Source: a virus
Taxonomy: Duplodnaviria; Caudoviricetes
Length of the DNA stretch: 64,000 nt
IMG/VR virus record: IMGVR_UViG_3300035698_018668
Location: 2,180-66,179 of that record
Direction: 5' to 3' (one strand)
Part shown: positions 47,739 through 58,879 of the stretch, piece by piece
Position numbering within the stretch: the first letter of the stretch is position 1
How the letters are laid out: each line of letters starts with the position of its first letter
Program-made: the position numbers and the translations under genes
The notes under the pieces: model-generated
Told to the model about the DNA's origin: nothing
Databases searched by the model: none
The model's input: only the letters and a program-made list of their open reading frames with translations

Positions 47739-48179
47739 TTAATTTAAAGGGGTGTACTTACCATCTTCTGTTTGCCCAATACACAGCTCCACACCTAAGG
47801 CATAAGCGGTTCTAGCAATCGCAAAGACGACATCCTCGGTGCTTTTCTCATGCACCGGTACCGGATATAAGGCACCTAAATTTCCAGCGGTCTTATAACC
47901 TAATTCCGTGTTCGGGTAGTCCGCTCGGAAAATAACTATTTCAGCAGCTATCTTTTGCGCTAACTTCTGCTTTCGAAGCTCCTCTCTAAGTCGCCAAGCA
48001 TATTGAATGCCGTCCCCCATCTCATCAATCATATGCGTTAGCCATTCTTCTGGGCTTAGGTCTGGGCGGTCCATCGTAACGCCATACTTTTCCCAGCCCA
48101 CATTGCTGCGAGCATCAAAGTAAGCTTTTATTTCTTCGGTGACCTTTACTTCAGGGCACGGGTTAGTTTGTCCTGGCAC
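47739..48179 (-). CDS. MazG-like / nucleotide pyrophosphohydrolase-like protein
   Basis: GWEKYGVTMDR..WLTHMIDEMGDGIQY. Confidence 0.5.
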   Translation of the reverse strand: MPGQTNPCPEVKVTEEIKAYFDARSNVGWEKYGVTMDRPDLSPEEWLTHMIDEMGDGIQYAWRLREELRKQKLAQKIAAEIVIFRADYPNTELGYKTAGNLGALYPVPVHEKSTEDVVFAIARTAYALGVELCIGQTEDGKYTPLN

Positions 48180-48181
48180 TT

Positions 48182-48397
48182 TTATACTCCTAATTTTTTA
48201 AGACGCTCAGTTCCAGCGTCAGTTATTTTGTAAATGATGGTGTCTCGAGACTGTCCGGCATAGCTTAGTAAGCCTTTGCGTTTGGAATCTCGGCACTTGG
48301 TTCTGGTTGGTCCTTCTTTGAATCTGTATTTATGAACAGCGAAACCGTCTGGGTGAGAGGCGATTTCTAAAATACGGGCTTCGTCTAATTGTTTCAT
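48182..48397 (-). CDS. hypothetical (winged-helix-like) protein
   Basis: ATGA-coupled. Ends in YKITDAG..RL. Confidence 0.45.
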   Translation of the reverse strand: MKQLDEARILEIASHPDGFAVHKYRFKEGPTRTKCRDSKRKGLLSYAGQSRDTIIYKITDAGTERLKKLGV

Positions 48398-48879
48398 GAG
48401 GATAAATACTCCCAATATTTAAGCTTCACACCTTCAACTAGAAATCCCCAAGTTCCTCGGTATTTGCCGGTCACAAACATGGTGTAAGCCCCTTCAGGAG
48501 AAACCCTAGAAATCCTGTGATACTCATTGAAGTTTAGCTTCGCCGTGTCCCCAGCATATCTCAAGATATTTTTCTCATTTTCACGTTCTTCAAAGTACCA
48601 ACCTTTTAAAATGAAAGTGCGGGCATTCCAAGGGTGGTCATGAAGGTGACGATCAGAATCGGGCTTAACAATTTTATGAATGCGAATAGATATCGGGCAC
48701 CATGGATGCTTGAGGCCTTTGGTGTCTCTATTCAGAGGGTTGAAAAGCCAGTACCGCTCCATATAAAGCTCCTTATCTTTGGCACCGTAAATATGCTGAT
48801 ACGGGGTTTTAATGGCTCTGTTTAAAAGGTAGTTAAATACCGGTTTGGTGCTTAATAGTTTGGCTACTAATTTAATCAT
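48394..48879 (-). CDS. cupin-like phage protein
   Basis: YMERYW, RIHKI..DSDRHLHDHPW, GWYFE and YHRI motifs. Confidence 0.6.
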   Translation of the reverse strand: MIKLVAKLLSTKPVFNYLLNRAIKTPYQHIYGAKDKELYMERYWLFNPLNRDTKGLKHPWCPISIRIHKIVKPDSDRHLHDHPWNARTFILKGWYFEERENEKNILRYAGDTAKLNFNEYHRISRVSPEGAYTMFVTGKYRGTWGFLVEGVKLKYWEYLSS

Positions 48880-48924
48880 CGTCAATTTCCTAATTGTAAT
48901 ACAGGGGATCCCTGTAGATTTTTT

Positions 48925-49485
48925 CTAATTATTTAAAACGGGGATGTGGATTGAGTTTTCGGCTTGGTCTCCAAAAACATCCCAACCCTCAAATTTTTGC
49001 CTCGCAAACATTTCAAGACGGGGAACATCTCCCACTAACTCAACGCACAACTTTCTAAAGTGGTCGGGTTTTTCTGAGTGGGCCATTATTGCTTTGGTTT
49101 GTACGGCCCGGATCGATCGATTTCTTACTTTGATTTTTCCTCGGGTAGCTATTATTGCAGATTCAGAACCGGCTCGGGTGTAAAAACCCATTCCAAAATA
49201 ACGTTTATTTTTCTTTGTTAGCTTTCGCCAAATAATACCGTTCATATTTTTTACGGTGAAGCCCCAAGAGCGAACCAAATCCAAAGCTTCCTGAGGCATA
49301 GCACCAACCCACCACATAACCAGAACGCAGTTTATATCTGCAATTGATTCAACATCTAAACGTTTTAAATCCTCAATACCTGTAACTCGGTACTGCTTAG
49401 CCGCTCCTGAGTTCATACTACCGCCGGTTTTTTTATTACTAAATTGCCATGGGGGATCAGCATAAATCAATTGATACTTTTTCAT
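48925..49485 (-). CDS. MT-A70 family adenine methyltransferase
   Basis: IYADPPW, WGF, HSEKP, LEMFAR and GWDVFGD motifs. Start corrected to the motif ATG. Confidence 0.9.
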   Translation of the reverse strand: MKKYQLIYADPPWQFSNKKTGGSMNSGAAKQYRVTGIEDLKRLDVESIADINCVLVMWWVGAMPQEALDLVRSWGFTVKNMNGIIWRKLTKKNKRYFGMGFYTRAGSESAIIATRGKIKVRNRSIRAVQTKAIMAHSEKPDHFRKLCVELVGDVPRLEMFARQKFEGWDVFGDQAENSIHIPVLNN

Positions 49486-49495
49486 CGTCAATTTC

Positions 49496-52400
49496 CTAAT
49501 TTTTAACCCAATCCCAACCAAGCATCTCTTTGTGATTCTTGATATGTTCGGGTGTTGGTTGAACGTACATTGCAAACTGCATACATTGGTAGCCCCCGGA
49601 ACCAATTACCCAGTAACCTACGGGTTTTGGTGGAGACTGAATGCAAAAGGTTGCTGCGTTTGTGTTTACTATTGTGATATCCCTACTCACGATTTCAAAT
49701 CCTTCTTAACTGTCTTGGCATGTTCTTCAGCGTCTTCTTTGCTCAAGCCGTGACAACAAATAGTATCTCTCTTAAAGGGGTGGGAGATAACAACCCCATA
49801 GCCTTCGGCAAAGGGCCAAATCGTTTTCATTACTTTTACACTGGTTAAAATGCTCATACTATCTCTCAACTTCTGGATGATCGGCTGATGTGGTAACTAC
49901 TGCTTGACCCCACGGATGATTCATTATTATCCAGTGAGCTTTTAGATATGCTACACATTTGTAGCGATAACCTTTCTTACTGTGATACTCAAGCGTACTT
50001 TTAAGGTTAAGCAAAGCGTGAACGTAGTATCTAGTCACTTTGACACCTCGCTTGCTTGTTTGGTTAGCAAAGATTTTAAATAATAAAAGTGACTGTCTTT
50101 CAGTGAGTTCGCATTATCGAACAAGAAATTGTGTAAGTCTTTTTGCTTTCTCTCAAGCTCCGAAATATGCTTATCTTTAGCTTCAACCTCCTCTCTAAGT
50201 GTAATTATTTCGTTTATGTCTGCGAGTGATTGAATCTCCCATGAATGCTCCTCGCCAGACAATTCTAAATCTGTGTATTTTTGTTTAATCGGATTCCATA
50301 AATACCAATCTTCAGATTCATTTAAAACGTAACCCATAATTGAAACGTAATCAGCTGTTTTTGGCGCACCATCCCGAATAGCTTTAAGTTCTTGTGTTGT
50401 TTGTTTCATCGCTTTATATACCTTTTTTCATTCACTAAAGAGTCAAGCTGATTACAGTACTTCACAAAATCTACATCAAAAGACACGTATCTAGTAACCA
50501 CTCTGTCAAAAGTAAACAAACCAAATAAATAAAACTCCCTAAAAATTAAATCAAAGCAATGAGTGTTTATTACTGCACAATCAATTTGATAATTTATTAG
50601 CTCACGTTTAAAAAATGGTTTCATTAGCCTTTACCCTCTAGTTGTTCTTCAATTTCAAATGTTCCATTGTCGTTTAGCTCAATTAATTGGTAAGTTGCAT
50701 TAGGAACGCTAACAGCCTGTTGAATTACAACTTGTAAACCAACTTCGGTGCTTTCACAAAAATAACTCTCAAACACATCTCTAACGTCAAACTGACATTC
50801 ATCAGGATTTTCAGCGTCCCAAAACATATTTGGATTTTTTGCATTAGCTAACTGCTCTTCAAGCTCTGCAATACGCTCCAATGCCCTAGTGCCAACATCT
50901 ATACAGCAGTCATCTTCTGTGGCAACTGAAGTAGTTAATTGTGGTTTTTTATTCCACTCCCACTTTGCTATTTCTAGCGCCTCGTCTTCACTGTCAGCTT
51001 CAATAATTTGATACCCTCTACCGTGTTCAGTATTCCACTTTATGAGGTGTTTCATTAGTCTTGCCTCTTAACTTTAACAACAATACCTTTGTTATAAAGC
51101 ATCTCTATCATCTGATTAGCTGTAGCAACTAATTGTTCTGTTGATATTTCTTTGTTGTCAAAAGTCAGTTGCATAGCACTAACCGCCCATCCTTTCGGTG
51201 ATATATCTTTATATTCAAACATTAGTCTTTACCCCCTTTATCTATACAGAGTCTAAGCATTGATAATATATCCGAAATATTTTCACAGCCTCCTATTAAA
51301 TCAATCATACCGTCTTCGGCTTTCCCGCTAGTGAAATTAACTGACGAATTTGCTTTTTGAATTCGCTCTGGCATATCTAAAATCTTAGCTTCTAAACTGC
51401 GAATAATTAGCAAGACTCGTTCTTTTGTCATTACTTCTGATTCAAACAAGTCACACAGTGTCAGGTCTTTAAAATTTTGCATGTTCATTAGACTTTACCC
51501 TCTAGTTATTAAAATTGATAAATATCATGGTCATGACATATTTGATTTATTGTGGGTATAGCTCTAAAAACTGAGAACTCACCCTCCCACATACCCTTTG
51601 TTTTGCTGTAAGCGTCACCTTTTAGTATTTTGCATTTTTGTCGTCTAGCCTTAACCAGTTCACGCTTTTCTGTAAAGCTAAGTTCATCAATGAAATCGCA
51701 TAAGCTGTTATTAACCCACACACACGCATCACACTCATAATCTTTCCGCGCAATTTGTAAATTGGTACTTTCAAAGTTCCAAGTCATTAGCCTTTACCCT
51801 CTAGTTGTTTAGTTATCTCCATAGACAAGTTCTTAGCCCCATAACTACCGATATTTTTGTAAATAGTTTCTAGCATTGTCCTGCACTCCTTTAACAACTC
51901 ATTTGAACTAGCTAACTGCTCTTTAAAATCCTCAGTGGCTTTTTTTATACCTCTTTTTTCTCCGCTTACCATTAATGAGTGTAGATTTTTATTTATGCTA
52001 AGTTCACTAGCTAACTGCTCGCGTAAGGAGTCAATCTCTTTCAACTGGTCTATCTGTTTTTGTATGTCAGCGAGTGAGCGCATATTTATAATTGCATCAA
52101 TACAAACGCTATCACTGTCTACTGCAATAAATTTGTTATCATCTTCACTAAAAATTGCTATTTCGTTTATCATCATGCAGTCGTCTAAATAAATATCTTT
52201 ATTGACTGGTGCTTCCAATTGCGCGAAATAACTCATGCTTTCTGGCTTACCCGCAATAATACTTTCTAGCGTTTGTAGTTCATTCATCAGTCTGCACTCC
52301 CTATGCAATAGCCGTTTTCGATAAGTCTGTTGTACTCATACGTAGCGCCTCTTGACTCACTTATAATTTTCTTATATTGCTCAGTACTCAACGGCTTAAC

Positions 52401-53609
52401 TTTGGATTTTGTATAGCCAGCTTCATACAAGACTTTGGCTATTTCTTTGCAGGTCTGAAAAGGTAAATCATGTTGGATACCGTTAATCGTCACCCAAGTT
52501 TCTACATGACAAGCAATCATTGCCATATCTTCAATCTCTTCTTGCTTTGCTGTATTTTCTGGTGGTAGGGGTTTGAACTCTAAATCTTCAATTTTACCCA
52601 CACGCTCTACACATGACGTAGAGGTATAAACTGCGGTGTATTGCCCTAAAAATAATATCTCGCATTCTTCAAACTCATTTAAGTGTAATGATAAGTTGTT
52701 AACTAAACACTTCTCACCCACTGGCGGAAACTCTCCGCGCTCATGCCATGATTTAGGCTTATTCAATTCTGCTACTTTCTCCATAGCGACTTTTAGTTCT
52801 TCTTCTTTTTTAGCATCCCAAACTGCGCTTTCAGTTAGTTTTTTCACGCTTTAAACCCCGCTTTACAATAATTCCAAAGCTCGATAGCGCCAGAACCAAA
52901 CATGGCCACTACCCCTACAGCAAATAAGATTAAGACTAGGCCTATAAGAAAGGGAACTACACCCCAGCTCATGGACATCACAAAACCGAGCATCTGGCGC
53001 TCGATGTAGTTATCATTAGCCGCATACCAATACAGGTTGTAAATAAACACCAACAAGTAAATCCAGCCCGCTAGTTCAAGGTAGTTTTCAATGCTCATAG
53101 TCGTTGGCCAAGTCTTGAAAAATTAATCTTGCTGCCTTACAAAAGGTCAGCGCGTCCTCTAGGGTAGGGTCCTCTTTGTTGACGTGCGGTTGGTCTATTA
53201 AACCCTGTAACACTGCATTGTGTCCTACTAGAAACTGTCTTTCTCCCAATTCCGAATCACAAATAGCGTGAATTAAAGCTCGGGACTCCCCATAACGAGC
53301 TTCAAAATGAATATCGCTGGCTAAGAGCGTTAAATTCGATTCTTTTAGATTCATGCTTTCACTAGGGTAAACCCCGATCGAGATAAGGAATGCTAAGCGT
53401 TGTGCAATATCCGGCAGCATGGCAGTGTAACCAGAAACACAGGCGCTGGAATTACAGAAATGCTTAGGATTATCATTTTCATCAAATTCAGCCTCACTAA
53501 CATAGTCCGACATCTCCAGCTTGCAGCCTTCTGATTTTATCGCTTTTTGAAGCGCCGGAATGAACAACAAATTAAGCACGTGAACGCATTTTTCATATTT
53601 ATTAAACAT
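49496..53609 (-). other. array of about a dozen small coupled hypothetical genes (49496, 49687, 50035, 50406, 50624, 51055, 51222, 51509, 51787, 52287, 52844, 53088)
   Basis: Tightly packed - strand ORFs joined by TAATG/ATGA overlaps. None carries the start motif. Confidence 0.65.
50622..51809 (-). repeat. repeated gene-junction sequence (CTAGAGGGTAAAGGCTAATG-like), 5 copies
   Basis: Copies at 50622, 51053, 51220, 51486 and 51785. Confidence 0.8.
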
Positions 53610-54219
53610 GGCTTTCTCCTTGGGTTACTTCTTTGGTGGCTTGGTACTTTTGGATACCAAATGTGATAGCTCGACAAGCCCAAATAAAACGTCGACTCAA
53701 TCTAAAACAGTTGTAAACTTCAAAATCCATGAAACAAATGTTGTAAGCGTTATCTTCGTTTATTTCTGATATCTCGTGCCAAGCCTCATTCTCATGGCGG
53801 ACGTGGCTTAGTCGGTCGTTTAAGAACTCAATTTGCTCTGCTTTCTCTTCGGGGTCGTCAGAAACGGCAGCGTACTCAATGGCTGACTTTAAGAAGTCCT
53901 CCTCATCAAACTCAGTTACCTTAGAGTACATATCCTCAGAAGTGACTTTCTCACTCCAGTACTCAGGGTTAATGCTCTTTGAAGTGCTATTGGGCATGAA
54001 GAAATCAAACATGTCTTTCAGTCTTGAGAAGGTGTAGGTACCCATATCTCCGGTGTAGGCCAAATGATTTGGCCACGTGACAATTTCAAACCAGCGGTTT
54101 GAGCTTTCAGGGTCGCGTAATTTGATGTGGCGGTATACACCATCATCTTTAAGGATTTGTATTTCATGCTTGTCGACATTCTCGGCAAAGCTTTCTGCTG
54201 TTGGTTGGTAGCTGTCCAT
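53602..54219 (-). CDS. hypothetical phage protein
   Basis: Motif-type start. DDGVYRHI..IVTWPNHLAYTGDMG..INPEYWSEK. Confidence 0.65.
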   Translation of the reverse strand: MDSYQPTAESFAENVDKHEIQILKDDGVYRHIKLRDPESSNRWFEIVTWPNHLAYTGDMGTYTFSRLKDMFDFFMPNSTSKSINPEYWSEKVTSEDMYSKVTEFDEEDFLKSAIEYAAVSDDPEEKAEQIEFLNDRLSHVRHENEAWHEISEINEDNAYNICFMDFEVYNCFRLSRRFIWACRAITFGIQKYQATKEVTQGESHV

Positions 54220-54275
54220 CGTCAATTCCTAATTGTTTTTGTTAATTAAAAGGCGAAGTGTTCACGTGAACACTT

Positions 54276-54479
54276 CTAGGTTCTTTTCGAGTAGTCTCGA
54301 ACTTGAATGATTGAGATACGCCCTACAGGGCCCACTCGAGATTCCCGCACTTGTTTTCGGGTAGCAGCCTCAGCCTCAGACGCATCGCTCGCCTTGGTAT
54401 GCGTCATATAGGTCTTTCCGCCAATGGAGTAGCGAACTTCAAAGACCTTAGTTACTTCTGGCTCTTTTACATCAAACAT
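54276..54479 (-). CDS. hypothetical protein
   Basis: Motif-type start at 54479. Confidence 0.55.
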   Translation of the reverse strand: MFDVKEPEVTKVFEVRYSIGGKTYMTHTKASDASEAEAATRKQVRESRVGPVGRISIIQVRDYSKRT

Positions 54480-54495
54480 CGTCAATTCCTCTTTT

Positions 54496-55149
54496 TTAAA
54501 CGTACAACGGTGACTTAGTGATACGCACAATTTTTGCGTATACCTTACAAGTCGGAAAGGTATTAGGACCTAAATTCTCCAACTCCTCATAACAGCCTCT
54601 ACCTTCGTATTTGAAGCTTTGAGGAACAAGAGCCACCATCACACCATCAGCAGAAAGAAGTATCTCTAGCATTTGCATATGGCGCTTTATTTTGCGAAAG
54701 GGTGGGTTGGTGATTATCTTGTCAAACTTAAAAGGATCCAGAATTATAAATTCTTCGAAATACTCCTCTAACGAGCTTTGATAACATTGCAAATGCTTGC
54801 TTTCAAAACGCTCGTTAAAATAGTTTGTTAGTTGATAGGTAATCTCCACAGCAGTGATAATTTTTGGATCAAAACCTTGGGCAATACATGCCGCAACTAA
54901 ATTACCCGTGCCGCAGCTAGGCTCCAATAAAATACTATCCTCCTCCGAGCCCAAGTACTGAGCCATACGCAAAGCAACGTCAGGCGGTGTGCAGTGAGCC
55001 TCAAACGAGGCATCCACTGTAGGCACCGGAGTCACTTTCACGGTGTTGACCTCAGCCGTTAGGTTGGAGGTGTCAAAATAAACACGCTTAGCACCCGCAG
55101 GTTTTTTGAAAGTCAGGGCGCGTTGAGCGCCCCCAATTTCATCACGCAT
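54496..55149 (-). CDS. SAM-dependent N6-adenine-type DNA methyltransferase
   Basis: TPP, LEPSCGTG and NPPF motifs. Confidence 0.85.
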   Translation of the reverse strand: MRDEIGGAQRALTFKKPAGAKRVYFDTSNLTAEVNTVKVTPVPTVDASFEAHCTPPDVALRMAQYLGSEEDSILLEPSCGTGNLVAACIAQGFDPKIITAVEITYQLTNYFNERFESKHLQCYQSSLEEYFEEFIILDPFKFDKIITNPPFRKIKRHMQMLEILLSADGVMVALVPQSFKYEGRGCYEELENLGPNTFPTCKVYAKIVRITKSPLYV

Positions 55150-56530
55150 CGTCACACTCCTTAATCAAAATTGAGTCCGTGTTACCCGGCATGTCGTGAA
55201 TCTTTGAATCCGTAAGACTCACAACTACCCATTCACGGTCCCAATGGTTTTTAGTCTTCACCAAAGGATTTAAGCAGCACTTGATTCTAAAGGTGCCACA
55301 GGCTGATTTACGCACTCCTTTGTAATCCGAATAGATGTTTTTGTATTGCTCTTTGGTGAGCTCAATCATCGGCTCATAACGGTCGCTGCCATAAGCTTTT
55401 ACTTTTATCGCTTGGATATCCGTAGCCTCCAGATTTAATATTGGCTGCGGGGCCGCTTTCTTGGCAGGTACCGAATAATATAAATCCTTCATCAGCTGGC
55501 GAACTTCAGCATCATCCAGTTCAATACAATAATTATCCTCCGCAATTTGCATGGGTAGCTTAGCGGTGCTCTCAATCTCCCAACCAAAATCAGTGGCTCT
55601 AGCTTTAGGAGACTCAGCGCCATGAGTACGAGCAAAGGTCTGAATAATCGCTGGCGTTAATTTACCTTCAAACACTGGCACTTCCCACAATTGAGATTGC
55701 TCATAAGCAATACGGTTTAGTAGGTGCAGGATGGTGAGCTTAATCACTCGAGAGTTTTTACGTTTAGCCCAGAATTCTTGCATCTGCGGAATAAACTCTT
55801 CAACCGTAATTTCGCCATCCTCAAGCTTGCTGTAAGAACCCCAAGGCGAAAGGTGTGAAAAACCTGAAGCATTGTGTATCAAGGCATCGCGCTTTTCACA
55901 GGCTTCACGGCCCGCCATTTTATCCCAGAAATCCATCGCCGTGCTCGCTTCATTTAGCTTGCGCTGCTGAGTTCTTAGGTCTTTTAATAACGTATCAATA
56001 CGGCGAATTATCACGCCTGTGGACGTCTTATAATTTACGTGGTGCTGGATACCTTCGATTCGGTATCTCCAGTAGCCCACAGCATCCGCAGAACGCTCAG
56101 CTAATTCTTTAGCTCGCTCTTGCTGTGTGGCGGCTTTCTCAGCTTTACGTTGTGAATGATGTCCCGCTAAGACAGGCTGATTGCCCATCGAGCTGGCTAA
56201 GTTGTTGGCCAGCTGCTCAAAGCCCCTAGCCTCAGATTTTCTCTTCTCAGCAAGTAAGGTTAAACGCGCAGCTTTAATTTCCGCCCGCTCAGCTAAACTC
56301 ATTTCTTCAGCGTCAATGGTCTCTGCCAATTGCAACACGAAGTCTTGAGCTGAAACTCGCCAATGGGCATAAAATAATTCTTGTTTAGGAGCCCAACGAA
56401 AGCCTAATGCTTTAGCTTGCTCATAGAGCTCTTGCGGCAATCTTTCGCTGGCAGTAAAACGGAGTTTGTTATCTTCAGGGGAGTAGGTAGCATTAAACTC
56501 AATACCTTGAGTATGTTCTGTATTTATCAT
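55142..56530 (-). CDS. DUF3560-like protein
   Basis: ATYSPEDNKLR, GFRWAPKQ and GNQPVLAGHHSQRKA motifs. Paired with the methyltransferase. Confidence 0.7.
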   Translation of the reverse strand: MINTEHTQGIEFNATYSPEDNKLRFTASERLPQELYEQAKALGFRWAPKQELFYAHWRVSAQDFVLQLAETIDAEEMSLAERAEIKAARLTLLAEKRKSEARGFEQLANNLASSMGNQPVLAGHHSQRKAEKAATQQERAKELAERSADAVGYWRYRIEGIQHHVNYKTSTGVIIRRIDTLLKDLRTQQRKLNEASTAMDFWDKMAGREACEKRDALIHNASGFSHLSPWGSYSKLEDGEITVEEFIPQMQEFWAKRKNSRVIKLTILHLLNRIAYEQSQLWEVPVFEGKLTPAIIQTFARTHGAESPKARATDFGWEIESTAKLPMQIAEDNYCIELDDAEVRQLMKDLYYSVPAKKAAPQPILNLEATDIQAIKVKAYGSDRYEPMIELTKEQYKNIYSDYKGVRKSACGTFRIKCCLNPLVKTKNHWDREWVVVSLTDSKIHDMPGNTDSILIKECDDA

Positions 56531-56579
56531 CGTCAATTCCTAGGGGTGTTCAGGTGAACACTTATTGTTAATTAAAGTA

Positions 56580-56600
56580 AGTCGGGGCGAACCCCGACTA
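56580..56600. terminator. hairpin / probable terminator
   Basis: AGTCGGGG-cgaaa-CCCCGACT. Confidence 0.55.
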
Positions 56601-56640
56601 GGGTGTTAAATTATATTACTTTGAGAAATAATTCAAGCTT

Positions 56641-57246
56641 TTAGGCTGTCATTAACTCTTCGAACTTCTTGATTTTTTCAACTGGCACTAATTCACCGGC
56701 TTTGCTTTTTGCTTTCTCAGGGAGGTACTTGTCCAGCGCTGTGGTTGACTTTCTTAGTTGCGCCACTGTGTTCACTGAATCAAGAATGTCCCATACTTCA
56801 TGGACCAAATTTTTAGCGGGCTTTCTCAATGCGTCGTACTCCTCGATTAAGCCTTTTATTTTGGCGTTAACATCGAAAGTAACAACCCCGGTGGAATTCG
56901 GGGATATTAGTTTTAAACCAAGGATGCCTACATAGAAATCGAGCCCGTATCTTACAGATTTTCCTCTTTCTACATTAATCCATACATCTTTGGCCTTTAA
57001 TTCATAATCCTCACGCATCTTCACCGAACAAGAGCGAATATAATTACCCATCGCTTCTATTTGGGGTTCCGAAAAAGCAACCGCTAAACACTCTTTAAAC
57101 CTGAGAGTGTTAAGGCCATATTTTTTTTCCATCTGAGCCCTCACTTCTTTGGTTATCTTCACGTCAAGCGCCTGTATTTTTGATCCAATCTTATCTTTCA
57201 AAACGTCTCGTACTATTTTGTCACAAACTGCATGTGTTAATCGCAT
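56641..57246 (-). CDS. Nmad5-like protein
   Basis: MRLT...IV start and LDSVNTVAQL...L..YLP C-terminus recall the Nmad5 family. Confidence 0.5.
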   Translation of the reverse strand: MRLTHAVCDKIVRDVLKDKIGSKIQALDVKITKEVRAQMEKKYGLNTLRFKECLAVAFSEPQIEAMGNYIRSCSVKMREDYELKAKDVWINVERGKSVRYGLDFYVGILGLKLISPNSTGVVTFDVNAKIKGLIEEYDALRKPAKNLVHEVWDILDSVNTVAQLRKSTTALDKYLPEKAKSKAGELVPVEKIKKFEELMTA

Positions 57247-57293
57247 ATCGTCAATTCCTTGTTGGGTGTTCACGTGAACACCCTTAGTTAAAA

Positions 57294-58607
57294 TTATCTA
57301 TGGGTGAAATATAAATCATCACCGGCTATTTTGTATTGGGACGCTAGGTGGACGTTAAAATACGTTTCAACGTCGATGTACTGCATGAGCTCAAGATTCT
57401 CTAGCTGCACAACCAAGCTTTGGTCTAAAACTCCGTCTGTAACAAAGTCATATGCTGATTTGTAACAACCGATATAATCCCTGTCTAAATTCTCGAGCAT
57501 GAATTGGTCCTGAGCCATAACTTCCGCCTCAAGCAAATCCAGCTTGGCATCTGAGTTGCCATCGACCCAATAGTTACCCCCAAAGTCTAACGGCATCACG
57601 TATTCGATTTTTTGGTTGTCGATGTAAGCTTTACCTTCCTGCGAATAGGCTAAAAAATATTCGGGGATGTTGAAAACTCTGTGGACGTAAAGCACCTCAC
57701 CAAAGCTCGTATTAAAGCGCTCTGCATACTCCTCCAGAATTTCCTCAGCCTCACTGTATAGCTCCCCCATGTTATCACGCTCACTGAGACTCAGACGCAG
57801 CGTTATCTCAATGTTTGCTGGGGCCGCTGAAGGGATTAGGAATTCCACAATCGGCTCGTTGTTATTTATCCGATCATCCCAATCATCCTCATCATCCTCG
57901 TGGAAGATACCCACCTTCGGGTATACCTTAGGTTCTGGGGGTTGCTCCGGAGCACAAGGGGGTGCTACAGGGGGTACGTTATCTGAAAAATATTCCCAAC
58001 GGTCAACCCAAGCTTCACCCAGATAATTAAATTCCAGCTTAAAAATATTTTGTAGCCCGCCGACTACATCGTGGTCCAAGAAATCAGAGCCATACTCCAT
58101 AAAGTTGTATTTTGGCGTCTGGTAAATTAAATCCTTGGCCTTAGTGGGGAGGCCATGCTCGAGAAAATAATTAATTCGCATCGCTGCGGCCACCGGACCC
58201 GGTCCTAGGCCATCCCAACCTGGGTAGCAAATGAAGTCATACACCCACGTTCGATAATCCTCTAACAAGCACGAAAAATCGAAGTACGTATCCAGCACAT
58301 TCTCAGCATCCCAAAAGTCAGGTTGTTCGCCGGTCACGCTGACAAGTGAGTTTCTCAAGTCATAGCAAAAGGCAAACGCATTTCGCTTAATCAAAGCTAA
58401 ATCCATCCCATCGGTAAGACGGTCGTAACTCACAGGGTTACACTTAGAATTAATGTAACTGTCCCAGTTCTTATTCTCATACTGGGCGACCTCTACGCCG
58501 GTGTTTAAGTGCTTAGAAAGCTTGGTTAAATTATCCATCGCTGTCTGAGAAAGTAACTTACTCGCCAGCACATGGGGTTCTCTAATTCTGGGCATTTTAT
58601 TTTTCAT
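57294..58607 (-). CDS. acidic protein with ArdA-like C-terminal domain (possible DNA mimic)
   Basis: Very D/E-rich. C-terminal YIGCYKSAYDF..YIDVETY resembles the ArdA C-domain. Confidence 0.55.
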   Translation of the reverse strand: MKNKMPRIREPHVLASKLLSQTAMDNLTKLSKHLNTGVEVAQYENKNWDSYINSKCNPVSYDRLTDGMDLALIKRNAFAFCYDLRNSLVSVTGEQPDFWDAENVLDTYFDFSCLLEDYRTWVYDFICYPGWDGLGPGPVAAAMRINYFLEHGLPTKAKDLIYQTPKYNFMEYGSDFLDHDVVGGLQNIFKLEFNYLGEAWVDRWEYFSDNVPPVAPPCAPEQPPEPKVYPKVGIFHEDDEDDWDDRINNNEPIVEFLIPSAAPANIEITLRLSLSERDNMGELYSEAEEILEEYAERFNTSFGEVLYVHRVFNIPEYFLAYSQEGKAYIDNQKIEYVMPLDFGGNYWVDGNSDAKLDLLEAEVMAQDQFMLENLDRDYIGCYKSAYDFVTDGVLDQSLVVQLENLELMQYIDVETYFNVHLASQYKIAGDDLYFTHR

Positions 58608-58660
58608 AGCGTCAATTCCTAATTTTATTTGTTAATTGCAGAAGTGTTCACAGGAACACC

Positions 58661-58870
58661 TCAAAGTTTATTATCTATCTCTAAAAGCTCAGCCTTTGAG
58701 GATTCTAAAATTCTCTCGATTGTTCTCGCTAACCCCACAGCTGTTTTACTGCCCCAAGTGGTGTCATAAAATCCATCCACGGGCTTTTTAAGCTTCAACA
58801 TCTTGGCAATTACTTTGCCGCGAAACGCTAAAAGCGAGAGGCTCGCCTCAACTTTATTTACTGTACTCAT
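58661..58870 (-). CDS. hypothetical protein
   Basis: AAGGA RBS. Contains YDTTWGSKT. Confidence 0.6.
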   Translation of the reverse strand: MSTVNKVEASLSLLAFRGKVIAKMLKLKKPVDGFYDTTWGSKTAVGLARTIERILESSKAELLEIDNKL

Positions 58871-58879
58871 AATTAATCC

